NCBI GenBank assembly: GCA_902571335.1
Contig: CACGBT010000003.1
Span: forward strand, 18,102-82,101
Reading direction: 5' to 3'
Length of the DNA stretch: 64,000 bases
Source of the DNA: an uncultured Prochlorococcus sp.
Lineage (GTDB): Bacteria > Cyanobacteriota > Cyanobacteriia > PCC-6307 > Cyanobiaceae
The translations under genes and the position numbers were made by a program. Below are positions 52,767 to 62,854 of the stretch, in pieces; positions within the stretch are counted from its first letter, which is position 1; each line of letters starts with the position of its first letter. The notes under the pieces were generated by a model that had not been told where the DNA came from, made no database searches, and saw only the letters and a list, made by a program, of their open reading frames with translations.

Positions 52767-53419
52767 ATTTTGATATCAAGTTTGATTTTCAAAGAAGAGA
52801 TAGGCTTGGACTCATTGAGGCTATTTGGGGTCAAGATAAGAGTATCGACCAATTAGAGAGATTATCTAAAAATGTATTAAGTAAAAATGAGGTTGTTTTC
52901 ATTACTAGGATTAACAGTGAAAAGGCTAATTACCTTTTGGATTTGTATGATGATGCACGATTCTATGAAGAAGCAAATTGCCTAATAATTGGGAAAAATT
53001 TGAATAAAGTAAATACTAATAAAAAAGTTGCCATAATTTCAGGCGGCTCAAGCGATTTGGCCGTAACAATTGAAGCAAAATTAGCGCTTGAAATTTATGG
53101 AGTGAATTGTCAATCTTTTATAGATGTTGGAGTAGCAGGACTTCACCGATTAATGAGTCAGTTAGAAGAAATTAATAAATATGATGTATTAATAGTTTGT
53201 GCTGGAATGGAAGGAGCTTTGGCAACAGTTGTGGGAGGATTGTTAGCCCAACCTATAATTGCAGTACCTGTCTCAGTAGGTTACGGCGTTAGCAAGGATG
53301 GAAAAACTGCTTTAAATAGTATGTTGTCAAGTTGTTCTCCAGGTATTGCAGTTATGAATATAGATAATGGTTACGGAGCAGCAATGACTGCTATGAGAAT
53401 TATTAGGAGTATTTCCTAA
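52763..53419 (+). CDS. larB: LarB/CpmA-like PurE-fold carboxylase
   Basis: GGSSD, DVGVAGLHRL, AGMEGAL..VV.GL, P.SVGYG, ML.SC.PG..V.NIDNGYGAA. Confidence 0.9.
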   Translation: MNFDIKFDFQRRDRLGLIEAIWGQDKSIDQLERLSKNVLSKNEVVFITRINSEKANYLLDLYDDARFYEEANCLIIGKNLNKVNTNKKVAIISGGSSDLAVTIEAKLALEIYGVNCQSFIDVGVAGLHRLMSQLEEINKYDVLIVCAGMEGALATVVGGLLAQPIIAVPVSVGYGVSKDGKTALNSMLSSCSPGIAVMNIDNGYGAAMTAMRIIRSIS

Positions 53420-53423
53420 ATTA

Positions 53424-53555
53424 TTACTTTTTTTCTATTTCTAACAGGTTTTCTATCCATAAATTTAGTTGTTTTGAAAGCATTCCTTCATCTCTCATTT
53501 TGATTGCCTTTATTACAACTTCTGTATTTACCCATTCTGGAAATCTTTTCGGCAT
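53424..53555 (-). CDS. Small hypothetical protein, 43 aa
   Basis: Manually translated MPKRFPEWVNTEVVIKAIKMRDEGMLSKQLNLWIENLLEIEKK*; below the ORF-track cutoff. Confidence 0.55.
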   Translation of the reverse strand: MPKRFPEWVNTEVVIKAIKMRDEGMLSKQLNLWIENLLEIEKK

Positions 53556-53622
53556 CTATTTTTATATTCAGTAACTTTAATTTGGTACAAATTTTTATAA
53601 AGACAAGACCTAAGTAACAAAT

Positions 53623-53790
53623 TTAATCTTTTATGTTTGATTTTGTACCTAATCTAGACAGCTCAGATGAGGTATGTTCACTTTCTACATTTTTTAATCT
53701 TTCAATTAACTCAGAGAGATCTTTGTGAGCTAACTCTCCGTTTTGCTCCCATTTAAGGGACCTTGAGTTGCTATTAATTTTTTCTTGCAT
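53623..53790 (-). CDS. Small hypothetical protein, 55 aa
   Basis: Manually translated MQEKINSNSRSLKWEQNGELAHKDLSELIERLKNVESEHTSSELSRLGTKSNIKD*. Confidence 0.6.
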   Translation of the reverse strand: MQEKINSNSRSLKWEQNGELAHKDLSELIERLKNVESEHTSSELSRLGTKSNIKD

Positions 53791-53894
53791 TGTTTTATTT
53801 AGTTCTTAAAAATATAAAACGAAAACAGGAAAAATTTGGTTATTGTTTCAGGCCTAAACTTAAAAAATTATGAAGATTTTAATATACAAAAATT

Positions 53895-54113
53895 TTATAT
53901 TTTAGCCCCCCCCCCAACTATTGAAACGATTTCTAGATTATCCCCATCTTTAAGTTTCACTTTCTCCCATTTTATTGAATTAACAATTAAATTATTTAAC
54001 TCCACGACAATTGTATTGGGTTTGTATCCCATTAAATTTAGAGCTGAAGACAGTAGAGCATTTTCCTGATCAAGTTCTATTTTTTTTTCTTCTCCATTTA
54101 CTTTAATTTTCAT
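53895..54113 (-). CDS. thiS: Sulfur carrier protein ThiS, with an aberrant C-terminal extension (GGG-AKI)
   Basis: MKIKVNGE...VVELN..IV...LKDGD.LEIVSIVGGG; downstream of thiE. Confidence 0.92.
   Translation of the reverse strand: MKIKVNGEEKKIELDQENALLSSALNLMGYKPNTIVVELNNLIVNSIKWEKVKLKDGDNLEIVSIVGGGAKI
53906..53915 (-). repeat. G10 homopolymer in the thiS glycine codons
   Basis: Ten consecutive C on the + strand. Confidence 0.95.
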
Positions 54114-55155
54114 GAGACAACTCTTTTAGAATCATAATAGCGTCTTCTTTCGGATCTTCAGAGTTCATTAATTGTGAAACCAAGGCAACTTTTTTAAACC
54201 CATTTTTTTTTAAAATTGAAATATCATTTGACTTGATTCCTCCGATAGCAAACCAAGGAATATTTAAATCTTTTGTTAATTTTTTGATTTTTTCAATACC
54301 TAAAGGTTTTTTGGTCTTTTTTGTTGCAGTTTCAAATACTGGTCCTATTCCTACGTAATCACAACCATCCTTAAGAGCATTAGAAATATCAATTTCATTA
54401 TTTGCGCTTATACCAACGATTTTTGAATATCCTAATAATTTTCTTGCAGTTTTTAAATCTAAATCATCTTGTCCAAGATGAATTCCATCCGCATTGGATG
54501 CTAGAGCTATATCAAGTCGGTCGTTAACGATGAACAAGGAATTATATCTTTTACATAAATTTTTAATTTGTATTGCTTCTTGAAGATTATCTTTATCAGT
54601 TCCCGTTTTAAATCTATGTTGAATGATTCTTACTCCCGCAATTAAAATCTCCTCTATTATTCCTAATAAATTGTCCTTTTGATGTGTGATTACATATAAG
54701 TCATTATCTTTTAATATTTCTTCTGATTTCTTACGCTCGCTTAAACTTAATAATTCTATTTCTATAGTATAAATTTCATATCTAATTTCTGAGGCGACTT
54801 TTGAAAGCTCATAATTATGAAGCCTTGAGTATTCTTCTATGACTCTTAATGCTTCTTGAACTCTGCCTGAATTAGAACTTATAATTTGCTCAGAGGTTAT
54901 TCTATTGATTTGCTCTTGATGAGTCAATCCTTTGCATTTGTCCTCAATGTGATTTCTAGATTGTTTATAAACTTCTAAATGATTTTTACCTAAAATTTGT
55001 CTAAAATCTTTAATCCTTACAACATATTTTTCTTTGCCTAGACCAAATCTAGCCCAATCCTCTAGAACTCTTAATCCTTCTCTCGCCCTATCTAGATTAG
55101 CGTCAATAATTTGATAAATTCTTAAATCTTCAGCGTTGGGATTGTAATTAAGCAT
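54103..55155 (-). CDS. thiE: Thiamine-phosphate synthase, cyanobacterial long form
   Basis: N-domain IDANLDRAREGLRVLEDW; VNDR.DIA, GIHLGQDD, GPVF.T.TK, FAIGGI. Confidence 0.95.
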   Translation of the reverse strand: MLNYNPNAEDLRIYQIIDANLDRAREGLRVLEDWARFGLGKEKYVVRIKDFRQILGKNHLEVYKQSRNHIEDKCKGLTHQEQINRITSEQIISSNSGRVQEALRVIEEYSRLHNYELSKVASEIRYEIYTIEIELLSLSERKKSEEILKDNDLYVITHQKDNLLGIIEEILIAGVRIIQHRFKTGTDKDNLQEAIQIKNLCKRYNSLFIVNDRLDIALASNADGIHLGQDDLDLKTARKLLGYSKIVGISANNEIDISNALKDGCDYVGIGPVFETATKKTKKPLGIEKIKKLTKDLNIPWFAIGGIKSNDISILKKNGFKKVALVSQLMNSEDPKEDAIMILKELSHEN

Positions 55156-55162
55156 TGTTAAC

Positions 55163-56086
55163 TTATTTTTTGTTATTTTTAAATATTTTTAGGGCATTAT
55201 CTCTATCTTTTTTTATTTGATTAGAAAGTTGATCTATATTTTTGAACTGGATTTGAGATCTAAGCTTTTTAACTGGTTCTACAGATAGATTTAAACCATA
55301 TAGATCGATATCTTTATTAATTAAATGAACTTCGACTGCAGATGGTAATAAAGGATTTATTGTTGGTTGAGAGCCAAGATTCATAATTGATTCAATTTTT
55401 TGGTTGGAATTTTCTATAGTTGTCCAAGCAGCATATACTCCTTGTCCAGGTAAGAATTTTCTGCCATCTATTTCAAGATTTGCGGTAGACCAGCCTATAC
55501 TTTTCCCAATACCTTTACCTTTGACAACCTTTCCATTAAAACTATAAGGCCTTTTAAGCATTTTGAAAGCATTTTTTAGATCACTTTTCTCTAATAAATC
55601 TCTTATTCTGCTGCTGCTGATCCTACCTTCGCTGTCTTCTAAAATTGGAGAAATTTTTAGTTTTATATCCGTATCTTTAATAGTATTTTTTATAGTATTT
55701 ATGTCCCCACTTCTTCTAAAACCAAATTTAAAATTAGCACCCACAGAAATATTTTTTGCTTGTAATTGATTTATCAAAATATCCCTTATAAATATTTCTG
55801 CACTTAATTTGGATAGTTCCTCATCAAAAGGAATAAGAACTAATTGTTCAATCCCGAGCTCTTCAAGAATAGGTAGTTTTTCATAAGGAAGATCAAGTCT
55901 AAGACGCGTTTCATTGTATAGCACTTCTCTGGGGTGCGGCCAGAAGCTCGCAATTGTTGGGGTATATTGATTTTCTTCAACTACACTTTTTATTAATTTT
56001 CTGTGGCCAGCATGTAGGCCATCAAAACTTCCAATAGCTATTGAAGTAGGATTCTTAACTTCAGATGGCGATATTAAAGAGATCAA
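55163..56086 (-). CDS. ribF: Bifunctional riboflavin kinase/FAD synthetase
   Basis: GSFDGLHAGH, VG.NFKFG, ISSS.IR, G..TAN, EVHL. Confidence 0.95.
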   Translation of the reverse strand: MISLISPSEVKNPTSIAIGSFDGLHAGHRKLIKSVVEENQYTPTIASFWPHPREVLYNETRLRLDLPYEKLPILEELGIEQLVLIPFDEELSKLSAEIFIRDILINQLQAKNISVGANFKFGFRRSGDINTIKNTIKDTDIKLKISPILEDSEGRISSSRIRDLLEKSDLKNAFKMLKRPYSFNGKVVKGKGIGKSIGWSTANLEIDGRKFLPGQGVYAAWTTIENSNQKIESIMNLGSQPTINPLLPSAVEVHLINKDIDLYGLNLSVEPVKKLRSQIQFKNIDQLSNQIKKDRDNALKIFKNNKK

Positions 56087-56154
56087 AAGATTACGTGCAA
56101 TTTTATGATTTTGATGGCAAATTTGAATAGATTATAGTTTATTCAATCAAATGA

Positions 56155-56688
56155 ATGTCTGACAAAATTGATTTTCAGTCCCTTTCATTTGGAATGCGAC
56201 GCATAGGATGGATACGCTTTTGGGTTCAATCCATTTTAGGTGTTGTTGTTGCAGCTGTTTTGCTTTTTTCAAATGTTGTAAATAATAGCGAAGGGCAGCT
56301 TGGCTTAGCACCCGGATTGTCACTTACAACAATATCTTTGATTTTACTACTTTTTAGTCTTTGGCAAGGTTGGTTAATAGTTAGAACAGGAAGAGCAATC
56401 GGAAGCAATGCAAGACCCTCAAGAGGACAAACCAGTAAATTAATAAAAAGAGGTCTAATAGTTGATTTGTTTGGAGTTTTGTTTGGATTAATTGGATATC
56501 AAGCTCTTATGGGAGCCTTATTCATACAAGCATCCTCTCAGACGACTGGACAATTGATAACAGCGACATCAGATATCCCAATTACTGGACTTGAAATACT
56601 ATCAGTTCTCAGTAACACACAAGTTATTGCTGCCCATTTCTTTGGACTTTGCTTTTCTTTATGGCTTTTAAGAAGGATTTACAAATGA
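56155..56688 (+). CDS. Conserved membrane protein (DUF3611-like)
   Basis: [11 protein letters not shown], four hydrophobic segments, [11 protein letters not shown]. Confidence 0.72.
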   Translation: MSDKIDFQSLSFGMRRIGWIRFWVQSILGVVVAAVLLFSNVVNNSEGQLGLAPGLSLTTISLILLLFSLWQGWLIVRTGRAIGSNARPSRGQTSKLIKRGLIVDLFGVLFGLIGYQALMGALFIQASSQTTGQLITATSDIPITGLEILSVLSNTQVIAAHFFGLCFSLWLLRRIYK

Positions 56689-57477
56689 ATTATTAATTTT
56701 AGGTAAGTCTTCCAAATTACCCCTCCAAAATAAATCTGGTTCTACAGGTGTAAGCGATATCTTATTATCTTGTATTTGAGATACATCACTAGGCCAATTC
56801 TTAGGACCATAACCTTTTGACTTGAGATCTAAAACCACCTCGCCTGCTAACCAATAATAATCATCACCCCTCGGGTCTTCTCTTTTGGAAAATTGATTTT
56901 TATATTTTCTTACTGATAATCTTGTCCAGGATAATTCTTTTATTTTGCTTTTCTCGCAAGGGGGTATATTCAAATTTAATAGAAGTGACGCTGGCCAATT
57001 ATCTTTAATGGCCTGTTCGGCAATATTCATTGCAATTTCTCCAGCAAATTCAAAATTCTTCCACTTAAAACTAGCTACACTTATTGCCATGGAGGGAACA
57101 TTTTCTAAAGTGCCTTCCATAGCTGCAGCGACTGTTCCTGAACAAAAAATATCTGTTCCTAAATTTGGCCCGTGATTTATTCCAGATAGAACTAGATCAG
57201 GCTTATTATCCAAGAGTTCAGATAGTGCTAATTTGACACAATCAGCAGGAGTGCCCGAACATCCCCAAGCTTCAATTCCCTCCTCAAATAATTCATTTGC
57301 TCTTTCCACTCTTAAGGGAGATTGTAAAGTTAGACCATGACCAGTAGCTGATCTTTCTTGATCAGGACATACTACTTTTACCTTATGTCCTCTTTTTTGC
57401 GCTGATTTTGCTAAGGCTCTTATACCAGCAGCAAAAACACCATCATCATTACTAATTAATATATTCAACGGTTTCAT
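56668..57477 (-). CDS. surE: 5'/3'-nucleotidase SurE
   Basis: [30 protein letters not shown]. Confidence 0.97.
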   Translation of the reverse strand: MKPLNILISNDDGVFAAGIRALAKSAQKRGHKVKVVCPDQERSATGHGLTLQSPLRVERANELFEEGIEAWGCSGTPADCVKLALSELLDNKPDLVLSGINHGPNLGTDIFCSGTVAAAMEGTLENVPSMAISVASFKWKNFEFAGEIAMNIAEQAIKDNWPASLLLNLNIPPCEKSKIKELSWTRLSVRKYKNQFSKREDPRGDDYYWLAGEVVLDLKSKGYGPKNWPSDVSQIQDNKISLTPVEPDLFWRGNLEDLPKINNSFVNPS

Positions 57478-57545
57478 TAATCAATAAATTTTATTTATGG
57501 ACAATATTTAAGTAAGATAAAGCAATACTTATTTTTACTATATCA

Positions 57546-58553
57546 GTGAGTCAGATTGAATCATTAAGTCAAATTGAGGAAAAACTAAATAATCTTTCTC
57601 TAAAAGCAAAAAATAATATAGATAATGCTAATACTCATGAAGAACTGGATCAATTAAGAGTTTCCTTGCTAGGAAAAAAAGGTGATTTGTCAGTTATTTT
57701 GAAAACAATGGGTCAATTATCTGCTGCTGATAGACCAATTGTTGGCCAGAAGGCAAATTTAATAAAGATAAATTTGCAAGAATTAATAACTGAAAGAAAA
57801 AATCAACTGAATAGTGAAGCCTTAGACAAAAAGATTAAAACAGAAAAAATTGATGTAACTATCCCTTCAGTTGGAACACCCCCTGGAAATAAACATCCTT
57901 TAATATCAACTCAAGATGAAATAATAGATATTTTTTGTGGTTTAGGATACTCAGTTGAAAGTGGCCCTGAAATAGAAACTGATTTTTATAACTTTGAGTC
58001 TCTCAATATACCCAAAAATCATCCCGCAAGAGATATGCAAGATACTTTCTATTTAGATGAAAATCGACTTTTAAGGACTCATACTTCTCCTGTTCAGATA
58101 AGATATTTAGAGAAAAATCCTCCTCCAGTAAGAATTATTGCCCCGGGGAGAGTATATAGGAGAGATGCTGTAGATGCGACTCATTCCCCTGTATTTAATC
58201 AGGTTGAGGTCCTATGTATCGATCAAGATATTAATTTTAGTCATTTAAGAGGAACAGTTCTTACATTTTTAAAGACCTTTTTTGGAGATATTCCTGTAAG
58301 GTTTAGAGCAAGTTATTTCCCATTTACTGAACCTTCGGCAGAAGTAGATGTTCAATGGAAAGGTAAATGGTTAGAAGTAATGGGATGCGGAATGGTAGAT
58401 CCTAAGGTCTTAGAAAAATTGGGAATAGATTCTGAGAAATGGACCGGATTCGCAGCTGGATTAGGAGTTGAAAGATTTTGTATGGTAAGACATCAAATTG
58501 ACGACATCAGAAAATTTTATACAAATGATCTTAGATTTTTAGGACAGTTTTAA
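57546..58553 (+). CDS. pheS: Phenylalanine--tRNA ligase alpha subunit
   Basis: [31 protein letters not shown]. Confidence 0.98.
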   Translation: MSQIESLSQIEEKLNNLSLKAKNNIDNANTHEELDQLRVSLLGKKGDLSVILKTMGQLSAADRPIVGQKANLIKINLQELITERKNQLNSEALDKKIKTEKIDVTIPSVGTPPGNKHPLISTQDEIIDIFCGLGYSVESGPEIETDFYNFESLNIPKNHPARDMQDTFYLDENRLLRTHTSPVQIRYLEKNPPPVRIIAPGRVYRRDAVDATHSPVFNQVEVLCIDQDINFSHLRGTVLTFLKTFFGDIPVRFRASYFPFTEPSAEVDVQWKGKWLEVMGCGMVDPKVLEKLGIDSEKWTGFAAGLGVERFCMVRHQIDDIRKFYTNDLRFLGQF

Positions 58554-58623
58554 TGTAATTGAAATTTTAAATTAGGATTGTCCAGCAAATTAGTTTAAGA
58601 TAGTCTCAGTTTTAGTTTTTTTA

Positions 58624-59532
58624 TTGGTACGCAAAGCAGGGCTAATCGTTAATGATGGTAAAGAACTTGCTGTACAAACTGCAAGTTCTGTTGAAAAAAA
58701 ATTGGAAAAATCCAATTATCAAGTTGTGAGGGTAAGTAGCTCTGGTGGAATGGTTGGATTTGCCAATCCTGATCAACATGTTCGTCCTTTGGGATATACG
58801 AACTGTGTTCCCGAAGGATTTGACTCGTCAATGGAATTTGCAATTGTTCTTGGTGGAGATGGAACCGTGCTTTCTGCAGCAAGGCAAACAGCACCTGCTA
58901 AAATTCCAATCCTTACAATAAATACTGGTCATTTAGGATTTCTTGCGGAAGCTTATTTGTCAAATCTTGATGAAGCAATAGATAAAATCATAGCTGGGAA
59001 TTGGGATATTGAAGAAAGAACTTGCTTTATTATTAGTGTAATGAGGAATGATCAGAGGAGATGGGAGTCTCTCTGTCTTAATGAGATGGCTCTTCATAGA
59101 GAACCTCTAACAAGTATGTGTCATTTTGAGATTTCTATAGGACGACATGCTCCAGTGGATATCTCGGCTGATGGAGTAATTTTATCAACTCCAACTGGCT
59201 CTACTGCATATTCGTTGAGTGCTGGAGGGCCAGTTATTACACCTGATTGCCCAGTGGTGCAATTAACTCCAATTGCCCCACATTCATTGGCATCTAGGGC
59301 ATTGGTTTTTAATGATTCAGAGCCAGTAACTGTTTTTCCTGCAACTCCTGAAAGGTTGGTAATGGTTGTTGATGGAAATGCTGGTTGTTATGTTTGGCCT
59401 GAAGATAGAGTTTTAATCAGAAAAAGTAAACACTCTGTAAAGTTTATTAGACTTGAAGATCATGAATTTTTCCAGGTTTTAAGAAATAAATTAGGTTGGG
59501 GTTTGCCTCATGTGGGTAAGCCTAATAAATAA
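58624..59532 (+). CDS. nadK: NAD(+) kinase
   Basis: LGGDGT, G.LGFL, LNE, DG...[16 protein letters not shown]. Confidence 0.96.
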   Translation: MVRKAGLIVNDGKELAVQTASSVEKKLEKSNYQVVRVSSSGGMVGFANPDQHVRPLGYTNCVPEGFDSSMEFAIVLGGDGTVLSAARQTAPAKIPILTINTGHLGFLAEAYLSNLDEAIDKIIAGNWDIEERTCFIISVMRNDQRRWESLCLNEMALHREPLTSMCHFEISIGRHAPVDISADGVILSTPTGSTAYSLSAGGPVITPDCPVVQLTPIAPHSLASRALVFNDSEPVTVFPATPERLVMVVDGNAGCYVWPEDRVLIRKSKHSVKFIRLEDHEFFQVLRNKLGWGLPHVGKPNK

Positions 59533-59545
59533 AAATTATTAAAAT

Positions 59546-60823
59546 TTATTTTTTACCTTTTAATAGAAAAATAGGATTATTTGGTTCTAATCTCATCCCC
59601 TCAGAGATACTTAAGCTTTTATAGGTCTGAATTAAATTTAAATTTGTTTTGAAATTTTTATTTTCTAATTCCTCTTTCAATTCTTTAATAGTTTGTATAT
59701 CAATTATTGGGATAACAATAATATCTCCAATACTCATACAGTTAGCCAGGGTGTTGATAATCTGAAGTTTAGTCTTTTTATCACATCCTCCAATTACTAA
59801 TCTATTAGGTTTTTCTAAAGTACTTAAATTTCTCTTATTCAAGGTATTATTTATATCTTCCTCAAAAATAAATTTTGGTTTAACGCCAAGTATTTTTGAG
59901 TTTTCTAGTATTAATGCTTTTGAGCCAATCCTTTTATCGATACAAAACAAATCTAAATTGGGCCTTATTTTTAAAGCCTCTAAACCAATTGTTCCACAAC
60001 CTGCTCCTATATCCCAGATAACACCATTTTTAGGGAGCTCTAAATCAGCTAGGATTTGAACTCGAACCTCTCTTTTAGTAAATAAGTTTGGTCTATCATC
60101 AAAAGTTTTAAAAATATGGTCACTGATTCCGAAAAGAGGGAGATTATTATTTGAGTGATTTTTCTTTGTTTTTCTTAGAACAACAATGTTCAAACTTGAT
60201 ATACCAGAAGGCAATGGCTCTTTGAGATTTAACTTTCTTATTTTTTCGTTGTCGAAGCCTATCTCTTCACAGAGCCAAAAATCATAGAAGTCAATCAGAT
60301 TTAATTCTGATAAGTTTTTTTTAATTATTTCTAAACTTTTGGTATTTGAATCTGTAATAATAGCCAAACTTGAAGGTCTTTCTTTAAGAGCCTCAATTAA
60401 CTTATTTGTATCTCTGCCGTGAATACTGATATTTACAGAATCTTGCCACGGAATCTTTAACTTACTAAATGCTAATTGAATGCAAGTATTTGAAGGGTAG
60501 AAACTTAATTCATCTTTTGAAAAATTTTCTAGTAATATTCTCCCAATTCCAAACCAAAGTGGATCTCCTCTAGAAATTAAAATAACATCAGTTTTTTGAG
60601 ATCTAAGCCAGTTAACAAGTTCGTTATTACTTTTGCTCGCAAAAAATGATTTCTTTTTCATTAAACCATTTTCTCTCCATGATTTAATTTCTTCAAAATA
60701 TGAATTTGGAACTGCAATATTATCTGTATCTAAAAATAAATTTTGTAATTTGGAAGATAGATCCTCAAATCTATAAGAATTAATACCAATTACATGAATT
60801 TTTCTATTAACTTCAGTCATCAA
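59546..60823 (-). CDS. cobL: Precorrin-6Y C5,15-methyltransferase (CbiE/CbiT fusion)
   Basis: GDPLWFGIG, S.HGR (CbiE); TKREVR, WDIGAGCG (CbiT). Confidence 0.9.
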   Translation of the reverse strand: MMTEVNRKIHVIGINSYRFEDLSSKLQNLFLDTDNIAVPNSYFEEIKSWRENGLMKKKSFFASKSNNELVNWLRSQKTDVILISRGDPLWFGIGRILLENFSKDELSFYPSNTCIQLAFSKLKIPWQDSVNISIHGRDTNKLIEALKERPSSLAIITDSNTKSLEIIKKNLSELNLIDFYDFWLCEEIGFDNEKIRKLNLKEPLPSGISSLNIVVLRKTKKNHSNNNLPLFGISDHIFKTFDDRPNLFTKREVRVQILADLELPKNGVIWDIGAGCGTIGLEALKIRPNLDLFCIDKRIGSKALILENSKILGVKPKFIFEEDINNTLNKRNLSTLEKPNRLVIGGCDKKTKLQIINTLANCMSIGDIIVIPIIDIQTIKELKEELENKNFKTNLNLIQTYKSLSISEGMRLEPNNPIFLLKGKK

Positions 60824-60903
60824 TATTTAATGAAATGGAACTAAATTGTTTGAATGTTTTATTAAATTATCTTATTATTATTTGAGTTATCATAGTAAGT
60901 TAA

Positions 60904-61155
60904 TTGTCTGAAAGGAGAAAGAGATTACATGATTTATTGTTAACTCTAATTAATAAGGATAGTGAATTTGAGTTTATTGAAGAAGATTCTAGCGATTTAA
61001 CATCTAGCTATTCTGAAAAAGACACTTTGAATTTATCTCGAGTTATAGAAAAAAATCGTAAAATAATCAAAAGATATCAAGCTATTGTAAGAACAGCTGT
61101 AACTCTAGATGCCCTGATGGATTCTGAAAATGAAGAAAATTACAAAATCAAATAA
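60904..61155 (+). CDS. Conserved hypothetical protein
   Basis: 83-aa ORF with RYQA.VRTAVTLDAL.DSE; overlaps the next gene. Confidence 0.65.
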   Translation: MSERRKRLHDLLLTLINKDSEFEFIEEDSSDLTSSYSEKDTLNLSRVIEKNRKIIKRYQAIVRTAVTLDALMDSENEENYKIK

Positions 61156-61630
61156 TAATATTTTTTTAAAAGTAATATTACCTTTACTTTTACTACTATC
61201 CTTTATTTTTAACCCATTTAAAGTATCTGCAGAAGTTGCAGAAACAGAAATAAATGGGGAATTAATGAATGCTAGCAGTGAGTTTTTAAGGGACTTGGAC
61301 TTTGAAACTTGGCAATTAGTAGCTTATAAATCCCCTCTTTTTGAAGATAAATTGATCTTGAGAGTAATAGGATATCCAGGAAATTTAAGGATTGATCATC
61401 CCACTGACTTGAGGGTTGAATCAGGGAGAAAACAGTGGCTTTTAGATGATAAAACATTACTTAATGTGGAATTAGCAAATGATGGAAGACAAGCTGCAGC
61501 AGAATTCGATCTTGATGAATTGATTAAAAATTTAGATAAAAATAGACCATTAAGATTATCTTTGTCAGGAGTTTTTTCTGAGTTACCTGTTCCTCCCTTC
61601 GTTGTTAAAGAGTGGAGATCAATAAACTGA
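61130..61630 (+). CDS. Exported conserved protein (DUF3122-like)
   Basis: Signal peptide; LRDLD..TWQ.VAY, LRVIGYPG.LRIDHP, V.EW. Confidence 0.7.
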   Translation: MKKITKSNNNIFLKVILPLLLLLSFIFNPFKVSAEVAETEINGELMNASSEFLRDLDFETWQLVAYKSPLFEDKLILRVIGYPGNLRIDHPTDLRVESGRKQWLLDDKTLLNVELANDGRQAAAEFDLDELIKNLDKNRPLRLSLSGVFSELPVPPFVVKEWRSIN

Positions 61631-61645
61631 ATTTGATTTTTGGAG

Positions 61646-62740
61646 ATGTCTGAAAAAAATGTAATCCATACAAAATGGATGAAAAGAGCAATTTCTTTGG
61701 CTTCTTTGGGCAAAAATACAACAAGTCCTAATCCTAAGGTGGGAGCGGTGATAATTGATAAGAATGGAAGCCTTATTTCAGAGGGGTTTCATTTCAAGGC
61801 AGGGATGCCTCATGCAGAGGCAATGGCTTTTAATAATTTAAAAAAGGATGCTAAAGGTGGAACAATGTATGTGAATCTTGAACCTTGTTGCCATCAAGGT
61901 AAAACACCTCCATGCGTAGATAAGGTGATATCCTCTGGGTTAAAAAAAGTATATATATCTATTGAAGACCCTGATAAAAGAGTTTCTGGTAAAGGTATTA
62001 AGCTTCTAAAAGAAGCTGGCATACAAGTTCACTTAGGATTATGTAAAAAAGAATCATTAGATCTAAATAAGGCTTTTATTCATAGGAATACTACTAAAAA
62101 AGCATTTGGTGTTCTTAAATGGGCAATGAGTATAGATGGAAGAATAGCTTTAAAAAATGGAAAAAGTAAATGGATTACTAATGATGAGTCAAGATCATTA
62201 GTTCATTCTTTTAGAGCAGAATTTGATGCAATAATCATTGGGGGAAATACTTTAAGAAAAGACAACCCACTTTTGACTTCTAGAGGTTCTAAAAATCCTG
62301 AGCCTTTGAGAGTTGTTTTCACAAAAAGTTTAGATCTTCCTTCAAAATCTAATCTTTGGGATTGTAGTAAGGCAAAAACTTTAGTTATTTATGATTCCTC
62401 TTCAGCAAATGAAAGCTACCTCTCAAGGATTCCGAAATGTGTGGAGGTTGAAAAGGTATCATCAGATAATCCAGAGTTAATTTCAAAAATACTTGCAAAA
62501 AGAGGGTGTAATAAAGTTCTTTGGGAATGTGGACCCGGATTGGCTACTGCTGCTATTCAATCTAATTGTATTCAGGAACTTATAACTTTTATTGCTCCAA
62601 AAATTTTAGGTGGAGAAAATAGTATGAATCCCTTAAGTGATTTTGAATTTAGAGAAATGCACGAAATTATTAAATTAAGTGATTCTCAGTTTAGTTTCAT
62701 TGGAAATGATATATGTGTTAAGAGTTCATTCAAAATTTAA
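61646..62740 (+). CDS. ribD: Bifunctional riboflavin deaminase/reductase
   Basis: T.PNP.VG, HAE, LEPCCH.GKTPPC, K.AMS.DG, ECG; ATG 61646 preferred. Confidence 0.96.
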   Translation: MSEKNVIHTKWMKRAISLASLGKNTTSPNPKVGAVIIDKNGSLISEGFHFKAGMPHAEAMAFNNLKKDAKGGTMYVNLEPCCHQGKTPPCVDKVISSGLKKVYISIEDPDKRVSGKGIKLLKEAGIQVHLGLCKKESLDLNKAFIHRNTTKKAFGVLKWAMSIDGRIALKNGKSKWITNDESRSLVHSFRAEFDAIIIGGNTLRKDNPLLTSRGSKNPEPLRVVFTKSLDLPSKSNLWDCSKAKTLVIYDSSSANESYLSRIPKCVEVEKVSSDNPELISKILAKRGCNKVLWECGPGLATAAIQSNCIQELITFIAPKILGGENSMNPLSDFEFREMHEIIKLSDSQFSFIGNDICVKSSFKI

Positions 62741-62854
62741 TTTTTATACTAATTTTTATGGGTCAAAGTACCGTACGGTTCTTACCCAAAAAAAACAATA
62801 CAGATACGGAAACTCTTCGTTTAGTTTATAATAAGTTCAAAATTGTTCATAACT

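Noticed and set aside
3676-56688. Short convergent 3' overlaps (pyrF/plsY, hemW/panB, lnt/mnmA, DUF3611/surE)
   Set aside because: Ordinary consequence of genome compaction.
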